Shown: positions 30,019 to 40,567 of the stretch, in pieces | Numbering within the stretch: position 1 is the first letter of the stretch | How the letters are laid out: each line of letters starts with the position of its first letter | Assembly: GCA_044355475.1 (NCBI GenBank) | Contig: JBIKYB010000001.1 | Coordinates: 1,153-65,152, forward strand | DNA length: 64,000 nucleotides | DNA from: Prosthecobacter sp. | GTDB taxonomy: Bacteria > Verrucomicrobiota > Verrucomicrobiia > Verrucomicrobiales > Verrucomicrobiaceae | Direction: 5' to 3' | The notes under the pieces: generated by a model | The model's database searches: none | Told to the model about the DNA's origin: nothing | Seen by the model: the letters and a program-made list of their open reading frames with translations, nothing else | Translations under genes and position numbers: made by a program

Positions 30019-32037
30019 TCATCGCGCCCCTTTGAGCAGATCAAACACCGTCACCATGCCGAGCAGGCGGTGCTCGGCGTCCACAACCACGGCCTTGCTC
30101 ACGCCGGTTCGCATGAGGGTTTGCACCAGTTCCGGCACCGGCACTTCGCCACGCACGCAGAAGGGCGTGGTGAGCGGCAGATCCTTCAAGCCGTCGCGGC
30201 AGGTGAGGCCGTGATTTTTAAGCCAGTCGTAGGCCACGGAGCGCCGCAGCAGGCCGATGACCTTGCCCTCTTCCGTGACGGGATAAGTGCTGTGTGGATG
30301 ACGCTGAAACTCCTCCACCGCGTCCTGCACGCAAAGGCTGGCGTCGAGCGCGGCGATGTTTTTCGTCATCACATCCGCTGCCGTAGCAGAACGCGTCGAT
30401 TCCGAGATCGCATCCACCGTCTTCTGAATTTCCTCCGGCAGGTGGTACTGCTGCGCGGTCGATTTGAACAGCGCATTTAGCGAGCCGATGCTCTTGACCA
30501 GCGTCTTGAAGGTGCCGCCGTCGATGGCGACGAGCTCGCTCGATTCCTTCGCCGTCGCGTCAAAGCGCCAGATGCCGTCGCCCATCAGCGCACGTTCACC
30601 GAAGTGCTCGCCCGCGACAGCGGACTTCACGATCTGGCCCTGCGCGTCCGTGATCTCCACACAGCCTTTTTTCACGGCGTACAGTGACTGCGCCGGCTCG
30701 CCTGAGCGAAACAGTGAATCACCCGCCTCCAGATGCATTTCCCCGAGCGGCGAGGAGAAGCTCGGTGTGAGCAGATTGATGTCGCGCGGGAAGAACAACT
30801 CGAAGGTCCATTCCGTCATCACACGCAGTTTGCGGTCGAGGCCCGGCAGTTTCATCAAATAAACACTGCGCCACATGAACCAAGCCAGCAGGCCGGAAAA
30901 GCGCAGCCCCATCACCATCGCCACGGCTTTGCGGTGCCCGATGGTCGCCAACTCACCAAGTCCGGTGAACTTGAAGGGCTTCAGCGGCAGCTTGCGTAGG
31001 CTGGCGAAGATGTTGTCGCCGATCAAAGCGCCTTGGCGCATCGCAAACTGCGCGGTCTCCGGGCAGTTGCCTCCATCGGCCTTCGGAAACACCGCACAAT
31101 CGCCCGCCGACCACACTTTTTCGTGTCCTTTGACTTGGCCGGTTGCATCGACCACCAGCTTGCCGCGTTCCAGCGGCACCGCGCCGCTTTCTCCCAGCGC
31201 CTTGATGAGCGGATGTGGCGCGTTGCCCACCGTGCAGACGACGAGATGCGAGGTGATCGTGGTTCCATCGTTGAGCTGCACCGTGCGCGCCGTCACGGCC
31301 CGCACGCGTTTGTTGAAGACGATGTTCACGCCCATCTTCGCTAGACAGCTCCCAGTGTAGTCGCCCAATCGCTGGCCTAACATTCCCAGCAGTCGGTCGC
31401 CGCTGTGGATGAGCGTTACGCTGGCCTCGCCTTCTTCGATGTTGTCGTAGTAGCGCCGCACGCCGACGATGAGGTCCTGAATTTGTCCAGCCGTCTCCAC
31501 ACCCGAGTAACCGCCGCCCACGACCACGAAGGACAGCATTTCCTTCCGAAGTTGCGCTTTGTTGATCAGATTCGCCTCCTCCATGCGGCTGATGATCGCC
31601 GCGCGCAGTTTCATCGCGTCGCCCACGGTGCGCATGAGATAAGCATGCTCTGACATGCCCGGAATGCGGCTCAAATCCACACCTGCGCCGGGAGCGAGCA
31701 TCAGGTGGTCAAAGCTCACCTTCACTGCCGGGGTGAAGCGCCCGCCGTCGAGGGTCATCACCCGGTTGGTCATGTCCAGGTCTGTGACCTGCGCCTTCAG
31801 CACGTCCGCGCCTTTACAGATCATGCGGATGGGGTTCACCACATGCTGCGGCGAGAGCGACCCGCCCACTACCTCCGGCAGCATTGGCTGAAAGACCATG
31901 TGGTTCTCACTGGCGATCACTCCCACGCGGAGCCGTTCCGCCCCCAGGCGCTTGAGAACTTGCTGTGCGCAATACACACCCGCAAAGCCTCCGCCGATGA
32001 TGGCAACGTCGAAATGGCGGGATGGGGATTCGGTCAT
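30019..32037 (-). CDS. Type II NADH dehydrogenase-like FAD oxidoreductase fused to cNMP-binding and CBS domains
   Basis: IGGGFAG, FQPMLPEV, VGGGYSGVE, AGDCA, AQFAMRQG; LFRSGE...GEHFGERAL; DVMTKN...LLGMVTVFDLL. Confidence 0.85.
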   Translation of the reverse strand: MTESPSRHFDVAIIGGGFAGVYCAQQVLKRLGAERLRVGVIASENHMVFQPMLPEVVGGSLSPQHVVNPIRMICKGADVLKAQVTDLDMTNRVMTLDGGRFTPAVKVSFDHLMLAPGAGVDLSRIPGMSEHAYLMRTVGDAMKLRAAIISRMEEANLINKAQLRKEMLSFVVVGGGYSGVETAGQIQDLIVGVRRYYDNIEEGEASVTLIHSGDRLLGMLGQRLGDYTGSCLAKMGVNIVFNKRVRAVTARTVQLNDGTTITSHLVVCTVGNAPHPLIKALGESGAVPLERGKLVVDATGQVKGHEKVWSAGDCAVFPKADGGNCPETAQFAMRQGALIGDNIFASLRKLPLKPFKFTGLGELATIGHRKAVAMVMGLRFSGLLAWFMWRSVYLMKLPGLDRKLRVMTEWTFELFFPRDINLLTPSFSSPLGEMHLEAGDSLFRSGEPAQSLYAVKKGCVEITDAQGQIVKSAVAGEHFGERALMGDGIWRFDATAKESSELVAIDGGTFKTLVKSIGSLNALFKSTAQQYHLPEEIQKTVDAISESTRSATAADVMTKNIAALDASLCVQDAVEEFQRHPHSTYPVTEEGKVIGLLRRSVAYDWLKNHGLTCRDGLKDLPLTTPFCVRGEVPVPELVQTLMRTGVSKAVVVDAEHRLLGMVTVFDLLKGAR

Positions 32038-32182
32038 AGGTGGCGAACCCCTCAAATGCGCACACGCCGGGCCAATGTGGCATGAACTTTCGGGCTGCGG
32101 CCCGGTCTTCGGATAAGGGCCAGCATAAAAATCGTCCTTTTAGTGAGCGCTGGCCTCATTTCACGCCGTAACTCAACGCACC

Positions 32183-32704
32183 ATGAAAACCCTCCTGCTT
32201 TCCCTCCTCATGACCTCTCTTGCCCTCTCAGCCGACACCAATGTGAGCGAAATCGCCGTCAAAGACATCGACGACAAGGACTCCACGCTCAAAGCCTACG
32301 CGGGCAAGGTGCTGCTCATCGTCAATGTCGCCTCCGAGTGCGGATACACCGGGCAGTATGCCGGTCTTCAGGCGCTGCACGAGAAGATGGCGAGCAAGGG
32401 TGTGGCCGTGCTCGGCTTCCCCTGCAACGACTTCGGCGGCCAGGAGCCCGGCTCCGAGACCGTCATCAAGACCTTCTGCACCGAGAACTACAAGGTGACC
32501 TTTCCGATGTTCTCCAAAGTCGCGATCAAAGGGGATGCCAAGCACCCACTTTACGCCGCCCTGCAATCCGCCGCTGGTGAAGTCGGCTGGAACTTCGAGA
32601 AGTTCCTCGTCGGTAAGGACGGCAAGGTCTTGAAGCGCTTTGGGTCCGATGTGGAGCCGGAATCGCCGGAGCTGCTGGTAGCGATTGAAGCAGCTTTGAA
32701 ATGA
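32183..32704 (+). CDS. Glutathione peroxidase (Cys type), with signal peptide
   Basis: VNVASECG, GFPCNDFGGQEPG, WNFEKFLV. Confidence 0.95.
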   Translation: MKTLLLSLLMTSLALSADTNVSEIAVKDIDDKDSTLKAYAGKVLLIVNVASECGYTGQYAGLQALHEKMASKGVAVLGFPCNDFGGQEPGSETVIKTFCTENYKVTFPMFSKVAIKGDAKHPLYAALQSAAGEVGWNFEKFLVGKDGKVLKRFGSDVEPESPELLVAIEAALK

Positions 32705-32713
32705 TTCAATTCC

Positions 32714-34033
32714 ATGAACGCCTTCTCCCGCCGTCGCCTGCTTCAAGCCCTGCCACTGGCGACTTTCGCCAGCAGCTTTCATCTCCATGTGCGTTCGCAG
32801 GAGTCGAAAAAATCCTGGATCACCGGCAACCCAGCCATCGACAAGCCGCGCGAGATTGCGATCAATCTATTGAAGCCCACGCAGGCGCAGATCGAGCATG
32901 CGTGGGAGCTGCATTTCGGCTCGGTGGTGTTTGAGAGCTACGGCTTTGCGCCTCGTTGCGCGATTGATGCGGAGGCGATGAACGCGGCCATCCAAGCGGG
33001 CGCTTCCGCTGGTGAAATCGCCGATTTGCGTGAGTCGATGGGGATGAACCGCAACGCGACGAACGAGCGTGAGCGCAAGGAGTTCCTCGACGCCTTTCAC
33101 GCCGCTGGTGTGACCTGCATTTTTCAGAATACCGGCGAGGAAGGCAGCGATCCGATGCGGTTGATCAAACGCCTCGCGCATTTCACCAAGGCAACCGACT
33201 TGATGAAGCCTGCGCTGTCCAAAGTGGTCACAGCGGAGGAGATCGTGGCTTTGAAAAAATCAGGAAACGTCGGCCTGTGCTTCACGACCAACGGCGTGCC
33301 GCTCATGCAGGACTGGGAAAGCGTGAAGGATGAGCTGCGTTTCATCCGCATCTTCCACGAGTTGGGCACGCGCATGATGCACGTCACCTACAACCGCCGT
33401 AATCCACTCGGCGACGGGGCAGGGGAGCCGCACGACGGCGGCTTGAGCGATTTCGGCCATGCGGCCGTCGCAGAGATGAACAAGGTCGGGGTCATCGTCG
33501 ATGTGGCGCACAGCGGCTGGAAAACGGCCTTCGATGCCGCCAAAGCTTCTGCCAAACCGATGGTGGCCAGTCACACGACCTGCGCTTCGCTTTACAAACA
33601 CTTCCGTGGCAAGCCTGACGACACCATCAAGGCCATCTGCGACACTGACGGCCTCGTGGGCATGTGCTGCATCCCGCGTTTCCTCGGTGGCAAAGGCGAC
33701 ATCACTGCGCTGATGGATCACCTCGATCATGTCATCAAAAAATTCGGCTCCAAGCACGCTGCCATCGGCTGTGACGTGGCTTACACCTCACGCTTTGACA
33801 AAGAAGAACGCGCCAAATTGATGAAGGCTCCTGGCGGCCCCGCAGACCGCTGGGAGCATCTGTGGCCGAAGGACGATTACCAAACGACCCTTGAGGCCGA
33901 GCAGAGCGTGGCGTGGTCGAACTGGCCCCTTTTCACCCTCGGCATGATCATGCGCGGTCACAGTGATGACACGATCCAGCAGGTGATCGGTGGGAACATG
34001 CTGCGAGTGCTCAAGGCGAACACGGTGTCATGA
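32714..34033 (+). CDS. Membrane dipeptidase (M19) family, Tat-exported
   Basis: SRRRLL, TYNRRN, GLSDFG, IVDVAH, ASHT, IGCD, GGNMLRV. Confidence 0.85.
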   Translation: MNAFSRRRLLQALPLATFASSFHLHVRSQESKKSWITGNPAIDKPREIAINLLKPTQAQIEHAWELHFGSVVFESYGFAPRCAIDAEAMNAAIQAGASAGEIADLRESMGMNRNATNERERKEFLDAFHAAGVTCIFQNTGEEGSDPMRLIKRLAHFTKATDLMKPALSKVVTAEEIVALKKSGNVGLCFTTNGVPLMQDWESVKDELRFIRIFHELGTRMMHVTYNRRNPLGDGAGEPHDGGLSDFGHAAVAEMNKVGVIVDVAHSGWKTAFDAAKASAKPMVASHTTCASLYKHFRGKPDDTIKAICDTDGLVGMCCIPRFLGGKGDITALMDHLDHVIKKFGSKHAAIGCDVAYTSRFDKEERAKLMKAPGGPADRWEHLWPKDDYQTTLEAEQSVAWSNWPLFTLGMIMRGHSDDTIQQVIGGNMLRVLKANTVS

Positions 34034-34072
34034 AGTTCATCGCGTCCGCTGGGTGAAATCACGCATGTCTGA

Positions 34073-35053
34073 TCATGCGAGGGGCAGATCAGAGTTGGTA
34101 CGACACATTTCGTCATGCAGAGAGCGCACCGCCTCGGCAGCGGGGTGGGTAGCGCTGCTTCCCAGGCGCTCCTTGAAGCGGCAGGAGGCAAATTTCCACG
34201 AGATGGCGTTGTAGCCGTCCACCCAGGCTTTACGGCGGGGAATGTGCTCCGGTGGGAAGGGCCACTTCGATTTGGGGAGTTGGGCCTTGGGTCTGTAACC
34301 CATGCGCCAGAATTTGGGGCTCACGCGGGCGCGGAAGCAGTTTTGAAGGACACAGAGGCTCGTGAATCTTTTGTCCGAGTTCAGAGCGTTCAGGGCTGCT
34401 TTGGTCGCATCACCCTGTGGATCAAACACATCGTGCATGGCCAGCAGCCGAAAGCCGGCGGGGGTTTCATAGACCCTGAGGTGCCACTCGGGGTGCGAGG
34501 CGGAGAAGGCGTGGATGGAGGTTAGCGCTTCTTGTTTTGCCTGTGCTTCGGCGGCTGGCCGACGCCTGGTGTTGAGCCAGCCAATGATGATGCACCACAA
34601 CCAAGGCAGGCCGATGGCAATGACGAGGCCGATCAAAAACGACTTCTGCCAAACACCGCTGAGGATGCCCGGTGCGGCTAGCAGCAAGCAGCCGGGAAGG
34701 CTGAGGCTAGAAACTGGCAGCCACGAAGCGTCCACATCTGCGAACAGCACATTCGGTGTGTTGAGGCAGAGCGAGCCGTAGCTGTTGCGTGTGATGGCGG
34801 ATTCACCATGACGTGAGACGACCTCTTCGCGAATCGGCACCCCGTCAGCGCTGCCGTAAGCCTCTTTGGATTCACGCCGAAGGAGGTCCTCGCCGTTGAC
34901 AATGCGGTCCATCGCCGCGCTGGCGCGTTGCTCCGCCAGCGCCTGTGCCTCCTCCTGGCTCACATCCGACCAGCCCCAGCGCCGCACGGTGACTTGCCGC
35001 GAAGGTGCCTTGATCTGAAGTCGTGATTCCGCCCAGTAGTGAGGAATGATCAT
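34073..35053 (-). CDS. Hypothetical membrane protein
   Basis: 326-aa ORF, two TM segments, TRNSYG...VLFADVD, YETPAGFR, FRARVSPK. Confidence 0.75.
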   Translation of the reverse strand: MIIPHYWAESRLQIKAPSRQVTVRRWGWSDVSQEEAQALAEQRASAAMDRIVNGEDLLRRESKEAYGSADGVPIREEVVSRHGESAITRNSYGSLCLNTPNVLFADVDASWLPVSSLSLPGCLLLAAPGILSGVWQKSFLIGLVIAIGLPWLWCIIIGWLNTRRRPAAEAQAKQEALTSIHAFSASHPEWHLRVYETPAGFRLLAMHDVFDPQGDATKAALNALNSDKRFTSLCVLQNCFRARVSPKFWRMGYRPKAQLPKSKWPFPPEHIPRRKAWVDGYNAISWKFASCRFKERLGSSATHPAAEAVRSLHDEMCRTNSDLPLA

Positions 35054-35135
35054 GCGCAGAGCGTGGCATGCGTGTCTGGTTTGTCAAAACATCGGCAAAC
35101 GAAGGAAACTGGCGCGACGGTCTGTACTGCCCTGC

Positions 35136-37205
35136 ATGCGCCTTGCTTTTCATTTGCTCGCCCTGGCTTCACTGTCGCTTCATGCTGCTGATGATCTCAC
35201 CGTGCTTGATCCAGCCTCGAAACCGGCGGAGGCGTTTGAGACGTGGCTCACGCAGGAGTTTGTGGCGATGACGAACCGGCGCAGCGAGGCGTTTGAGAAA
35301 ATGATCAAGAGCGCAGCTGCCTGCCAAGCGTGGCAGGAGGAGCGAAAGGCATTTTTCCTTGAGCGTATCGGCGGGCTGCCGGAACGCACGCCTCTCAAAC
35401 CGCAGATCACTGGCAGGCTTCAGGGCAAAGGCTACCGGGTGGAGAAAATCATGCTGGAGACGCGGCCTGCGTTTCATCTCACCGGGAATTTGTATCTGCC
35501 GGACACGCCACCGCCGTGGCCTGCGGTGCTGGTGCCCTGTGGTCACAGTCATGAGGGTAAGGCGGTGGGGCAGTATCAGCTCATCTGCATGCTGCTGGCA
35601 CGCCATGGCATGGCGGCTCTGTGCTACGACCCCATCGGGCAGGGGGAGAGGTATCAGATGCTCGATCTGGCGAAGGAACGCACCGTCTTTGATGATGCAC
35701 CGCATGTGAAGGTGCCGCACCCGAACGTGCGGCTGATGTGTACCACCGAGCACACGATGACGGGCATCAGCAGCGCTTTGATCGGCGCGAACGCGGCGCA
35801 GTTTCGCATCTGGGATGGCATGCGGGTGATCGACTATCTTCAGAGTCGGAAAGACATCATCGCTGACAAGATCGGCTGCACCGGAAACAGCGGCGGCGGC
35901 ACGGAGACGGCGTATTTGATGGCGCTGGATGATCGCATCCTCGCGGCGGCACCGGGTTGCTACCTCACGACGTTTCGCAAGCTCATTGAGACGAAAGGTC
36001 CGCAGGACGGTGAGCAGAACATTTTCGGCCAGATCGCCTTTGGCATGGACGAGGCGGACTACTGCATCATGCGAGCGCCGAAGCCCACGCTGATCTGCGC
36101 AGGCACTCGGGATGTCACCTTCGACTTCGGTGGCACCTGGGAGCTGTTTCGCGACGCGAAGCGCTTCTATTCGCGCATCGGCTACCCTGACATGATCGAC
36201 ATGGCTGCTCCTGACGCACCGCATGGCTTCACGCTGCAACTCCGCGAAGCGGTGACGCGGTTCATGGCGCGGCATCTCCTCGGCAAAGACATCGTGGTGC
36301 GTGAGATCGCTAAGCTGCCGGATTCTTTCGATGACAACCAGCTCCGCGAATTGTCGAAGCCCGATTGGACGGCGGAGCAGCTCCAATGCTCGCCGAAGGG
36401 GCAGGTGATGCTTTTGCCGAGTGAGCGCAGCGTTTTCCAAATCAACGCAGAGATCGCCGCGAAGCTCAAATCGGCCCGCGATAGCGGTTTGGGGCCGAAA
36501 ACGGTGCGCGAGGCCGTCGGAGCTTCCGAATCGGTGACAGAGCCGAACGTGCAGGTGATCGGCAAAATCGAGCGCGAGGGCTTCAGCATCGAAAAGATGG
36601 CTCTGAAGCTCGAAAAGGCCTTCCAAGTGCCTGGGCTGCTGTTTGTGCCGACGAAGCCGAACGGAAAGGGCATCCTCTACTTGCACGGCAGCAGCATGAA
36701 GGCAGACGCAGACGCCATCGAACAACTCGTGAACGCCGGAAACATCGTCCTCGCCGCCGAATTGCGCGGCATCGGCGAAACCGAGACGGGCTTTCGGCGC
36801 AAGTCCTTCGGATCAGGCCAGTTTGGCCGCGACAACCTCGAAATTCTCACTGCCTACCTCATGGGCAAAAGCTTCGTGGGCATGCGCACGGATGATGTGA
36901 GGAGTTGGGCACGCGTTTTGAAGGCGAAGTCGTCGGAGGTGAGCGTGATCGCTATCGGCGAGGCCGCTCTCCCCGCGCTGCACGCGGCGGCGCTTGAACG
37001 TGATGTGTTTCAGACGATCACGCTGCGGCAGATGATCCCGAGCTGGGAATCGCTCGTGGGCGCGGAGGGCACCTTCGATCAAGCGGTGAACATGGTGCAC
37101 GGCGTGCTGCGGCACTACGATCTGCCCGATTTGATCCAAATGGTGGGAAAGGAGCGGGTGGTGATCGAGCAGCCGGTGAATGGGATGGGCGTGAAGGTGG
37201 AATGA
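35136..37205 (+). CDS. Secreted alpha/beta hydrolase (acetylxylan esterase-like)
   Basis: [19 protein letters not shown] nucleophile, second degenerate hydrolase domain. Confidence 0.85.
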   Translation: MRLAFHLLALASLSLHAADDLTVLDPASKPAEAFETWLTQEFVAMTNRRSEAFEKMIKSAAACQAWQEERKAFFLERIGGLPERTPLKPQITGRLQGKGYRVEKIMLETRPAFHLTGNLYLPDTPPPWPAVLVPCGHSHEGKAVGQYQLICMLLARHGMAALCYDPIGQGERYQMLDLAKERTVFDDAPHVKVPHPNVRLMCTTEHTMTGISSALIGANAAQFRIWDGMRVIDYLQSRKDIIADKIGCTGNSGGGTETAYLMALDDRILAAAPGCYLTTFRKLIETKGPQDGEQNIFGQIAFGMDEADYCIMRAPKPTLICAGTRDVTFDFGGTWELFRDAKRFYSRIGYPDMIDMAAPDAPHGFTLQLREAVTRFMARHLLGKDIVVREIAKLPDSFDDNQLRELSKPDWTAEQLQCSPKGQVMLLPSERSVFQINAEIAAKLKSARDSGLGPKTVREAVGASESVTEPNVQVIGKIEREGFSIEKMALKLEKAFQVPGLLFVPTKPNGKGILYLHGSSMKADADAIEQLVNAGNIVLAAELRGIGETETGFRRKSFGSGQFGRDNLEILTAYLMGKSFVGMRTDDVRSWARVLKAKSSEVSVIAIGEAALPALHAAALERDVFQTITLRQMIPSWESLVGAEGTFDQAVNMVHGVLRHYDLPDLIQMVGKERVVIEQPVNGMGVKVE

Positions 37206-37242
37206 AGTCAGCCGCGCGTGGCGTTTATGCGGACACCTTTGC

Positions 37243-38292
37243 ATGAAAGCCATCTTCGCTGCCTTCCTCGCCCTCACTCTCGCAGTCACTGCGCGTGAGA
37301 AGACTCTCGACATTTACTGGATCGACTCAGAGGGCGGTGGCTCGACGTTGATCGTGACCCCGGCGGGTGAATCGGTGCTCATCGACACGGGAAACCCGGG
37401 TGGACGTGATCCTCAGCGGATTCAAAAGGTCGCCACAGAGGTGGCGGGGCTGACGCGCATCGACCATGTGATCATCACGCACTTTCATGTCGATCACTTT
37501 GGCGGTTTGGCCGAACTGGCTGCTCTCATGCCGGTGGGGACGCTGTATGACAAGGGAATCACGGATGGCAGCCCTGACGGCAAGGCGCAGGACTTGCGCT
37601 GGACCCTGATGAGCCGTCCGTATCGCGATGCGAAGGTGGAAAAGCGCGTCACGCTGGCTGCTGGCGATGTTTTGCCGCTCAAACAGGCTGATGGCAGCCC
37701 GAAACTCGTTTTGCGCTGTCTCGGGGCGAATCAGAAGTTCATCCCACCGTATCCTGATCAGCCGGAAAACCCGCTGAAGGGTTCCGTGCCGCCCAAAGCG
37801 CCCGATCCGAGCGATAATGCGAACAGTGTGGTCATGGTGCTCGACTTCGGCGGTTTCCGCTTCTTTGACGGCGGAGATTTGACCTGGAATGCAGAGGAAA
37901 AGCTCGTTTCGCCCTTCAATCTGGTCGGCACCGTCGATCTGTATCAAGTGAATCACCACGGTCTTGATGTGAGCAACAACCCCATGCTCATTCAAAGCCT
38001 TCAGCCGACCGTTTCCGTGATGAACAACGGCCCGAAGAAAGGAACCAGCAAGAGCGCCATGGACGCACTGAAATCCACGCCGACGATCCAGGCGATGTAT
38101 CAGGTGCATGAGAACATTCGTCCCGATGCCGAAAACACCCCGGACAAGGCAATGATCGCCAATCACGGCGATTTGGCGGAGGGTTGCGTGGCGCAGCACA
38201 TCCACTGCGTGGTGAGCGCGGATGGAAAGAGCTACACGGTTGAGGTGCCATCGCAGAAGCACTCGCGGACGTTTCAGACGCGGGCGAGGTAG
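37243..38292 (+). CDS. MBL-fold hydrolase (ComEC/Rec2-like)
   Basis: [26 protein letters not shown]. Confidence 0.88.
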   Translation: MKAIFAAFLALTLAVTAREKTLDIYWIDSEGGGSTLIVTPAGESVLIDTGNPGGRDPQRIQKVATEVAGLTRIDHVIITHFHVDHFGGLAELAALMPVGTLYDKGITDGSPDGKAQDLRWTLMSRPYRDAKVEKRVTLAAGDVLPLKQADGSPKLVLRCLGANQKFIPPYPDQPENPLKGSVPPKAPDPSDNANSVVMVLDFGGFRFFDGGDLTWNAEEKLVSPFNLVGTVDLYQVNHHGLDVSNNPMLIQSLQPTVSVMNNGPKKGTSKSAMDALKSTPTIQAMYQVHENIRPDAENTPDKAMIANHGDLAEGCVAQHIHCVVSADGKSYTVEVPSQKHSRTFQTRAR

Positions 38293-38323
38293 CTGTTGGC
38301 ACTCGAAGTCGGCCGTGCCTCGG

Positions 38324-38347
38324 GATTCGACTGCCAGTCGAATCTAC
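38324..38347 (-). repeat. GTAG-type REP
   Basis: Minus strand reads GTAG-ATTCGACT-GGC-AGTCGAAT-C. Confidence 0.6.
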
Positions 38348-38419
38348 GATGAAAACGCCTGCGGACGATGTGTTGAATTCGGGAGCGAAAATGTGAAAGC
38401 CAGCCTATCTTCGCGGCTC

Positions 38420-39538
38420 ATGTATCCTGAAACGGACGCCATCCGCCCAACCCACGTCGAGGTGAACCTCGGCTCTATCGCGCAGAATTTTGATGCGATT
38501 CGGGCGCATGTCGGCACGGCGGAAGTGATGCCTGTGGTGAAGGCGAACGCTTATGGGCATGGCCTCGTCGAGGTAGCGCGGCATCTTGCGGCGCACGGGG
38601 CCGGGTATTTCGGCGTGGCCTTGCTCGAAGAAGCCGTCGTTTTGCGGCAGGCCGGCATCACGGCACCGATCTTGGTTTTTGGTGGCGTGGCGACTCGTCA
38701 GATCCCGCAGTTCATCGCGCATGACCTGATGATGACGGCGTCGTCCATCGACAAGCTGCGGCAGATTGACGAAGCAGCAGCAGCGGTCAGGACAAAAGCA
38801 CGCGTTCATTTAAAGATCGACACCGGCATGGAGCGCATCGGCGTGCATTGGTACAGCGCGGAAAAGCTGCTGGAAGCCAGTTTAAGCTTCGCCAATGTCG
38901 AAATCGCCGGGATTTACTCCCACTTCGCCAGTTCGGACGCGGAAGACCTTTCTGCAGCACGGGCGCAACTCGCTCGATTCCTCGAAGTGCTCGAATTCTA
39001 TCCCAAACGCGGCCTGAAGCCGCCCCAGCGGCACATCGCGAACTCTGGCGGCATTTTGCAGCTTCCCGAGAGCCATCTCGACCTCGTGCGGCCAGGTATC
39101 ATGCTCTATGGCGTGTATCCCTCGCGTGAAACGGCGCAAACGGTCGCGCTGAAGCCAGCGCTGGGCTGGAAATCACAAGTGGTGTATTTCAAGGTCGTGC
39201 AGCCAGGCAACACGGTGAGCTACGGCGGCACCTGGGCCAGCGATCATCCGGTGCGCGTCGTCACGGTGCCTGTGGGCTATGGCGACGGGTATTTCCGTGC
39301 TCTCTCAAATCGCGGGCAGGTCATCATTCGCGGCGAGCGGCATCCCATCGTGGGCCGCGTGTGCATGGACCAGTTCATGGTGAATGTCGAATGGGGCACG
39401 GCCTACAACGGCGACGCCGTGACGATCATCGGCGACTCGATCACCGCGCAGGATGTGGCCGACTGGGCGGGCACGATCCCGTATGAGGTGCTGACAAACA
39501 TCAACGCCCGCGTGCCGAGGCTTTACGTCCAGTCCTGA
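38420..39538 (+). CDS. alr: Alanine racemase
   Basis: VVKANAYGHG, HLKIDTGMERIG, VRPGIMLYG, VSYG, GRVCMDQ, TIPYE. Confidence 0.96.
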   Translation: MYPETDAIRPTHVEVNLGSIAQNFDAIRAHVGTAEVMPVVKANAYGHGLVEVARHLAAHGAGYFGVALLEEAVVLRQAGITAPILVFGGVATRQIPQFIAHDLMMTASSIDKLRQIDEAAAAVRTKARVHLKIDTGMERIGVHWYSAEKLLEASLSFANVEIAGIYSHFASSDAEDLSAARAQLARFLEVLEFYPKRGLKPPQRHIANSGGILQLPESHLDLVRPGIMLYGVYPSRETAQTVALKPALGWKSQVVYFKVVQPGNTVSYGGTWASDHPVRVVTVPVGYGDGYFRALSNRGQVIIRGERHPIVGRVCMDQFMVNVEWGTAYNGDAVTIIGDSITAQDVADWAGTIPYEVLTNINARVPRLYVQS

Positions 39539-39540
39539 CC

Positions 39541-40428
39541 TCAAACCGCGACACTCAGACGAAACGGCGCAGGCCGGAATAGCACAGGCGCATTCAGCTC
39601 CGCCAGCTCGCCATCCAGCTCCACCGGCGTTTCGCCCGCGTCCGAGGTCACGGTGAACTCGCTCGCCTGGAGGTAGTCGAGGTATTCGCACTCCTGGTAG
39701 CCGTCCAGCAGCATGCCGCGCAGCAGTTGCAGGAACTCTAGGCCGCCGAGGCCGCGGAAGATGATCAAATCAAGCTTTCCATCCGTGTTCGACGCATCGC
39801 GGAACAGCGGGAACGGCCCGCCGTAGTGCTTGCCGTTGCCGATGAGCACCACGGTGCCGAGCAGCGGCGCCTTGCCGTCGATCTGCACGCTGAGCGTGGG
39901 CGGCGGGCGCATCAGCACATTCACCGCGCTCATCACATAGCTCAGTGGGCCAAATTTCTTCTTCGCCTCCCACGAGGTCTCCTGCACGATCTGCGCGTCG
40001 AGTCCCACCCCGGCGAGCTGGGCGAAGTACATGTCATTCGCCATCCAGAGATCGACCTCACGGCGCTGGCCGGAGGTGATTTCGCGCCAGCAGCCCTCGA
40101 TGTCCCGGCCCGGCAGCTTCAGCTCCACGGAAAACACATTCATCGTGCCGAGTGGCAAAACCCCGAGCGCCGTGTGTTGTTCCCCCGGCTTGCGGCGGGC
40201 ATTCGCGCGGCAGAGGCCTTGCAGCACCTCGTTCATCGTGCCGTCGCCACCGGCAGAGACGACGAGTTCGTGGCCTGCTGCCGCCAGTTTTTCGGCAATA
40301 ACGGCCGCGTCGCCAGGCCCGGACGTCAGATGCAGTTCCGGTTCAGGAGAGAGTCTGCGTAGGGCGTGTTCCAGTGCGGCGGCCTTCGTGCTGCGGGCGG
40401 CGGGGTTTAAAATGACCGGGATGGGCAT
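39541..40428 (-). CDS. Diacylglycerol/lipid kinase family (YegS-like)
   Basis: ILNPAA, AGGDGTMNEV, LPLGTMN, GVGLDA, LDGE. Confidence 0.9.
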   Translation of the reverse strand: MPIPVILNPAARSTKAAALEHALRRLSPEPELHLTSGPGDAAVIAEKLAAAGHELVVSAGGDGTMNEVLQGLCRANARRKPGEQHTALGVLPLGTMNVFSVELKLPGRDIEGCWREITSGQRREVDLWMANDMYFAQLAGVGLDAQIVQETSWEAKKKFGPLSYVMSAVNVLMRPPPTLSVQIDGKAPLLGTVVLIGNGKHYGGPFPLFRDASNTDGKLDLIIFRGLGGLEFLQLLRGMLLDGYQECEYLDYLQASEFTVTSDAGETPVELDGELAELNAPVLFRPAPFRLSVAV

Positions 40429-40567
40429 GGGGGGCGCATGAATGGCACGCGGAGGTCGCTTGGCAAAGCAACAAGGACGTGCGCTTGTGAAACTTTTCAC
40501 AAAATCGGGTTGCCGCTCCCCTCCCCGCTCCGATAATCGGCTGAACGCCCCTTTTTCCTCTTCGCTC

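Noticed and set aside
32183-32704. Selenocysteine glutathione peroxidase
   Set aside because: Active-site codon is TGC (Cys) and there is no in-frame TGA
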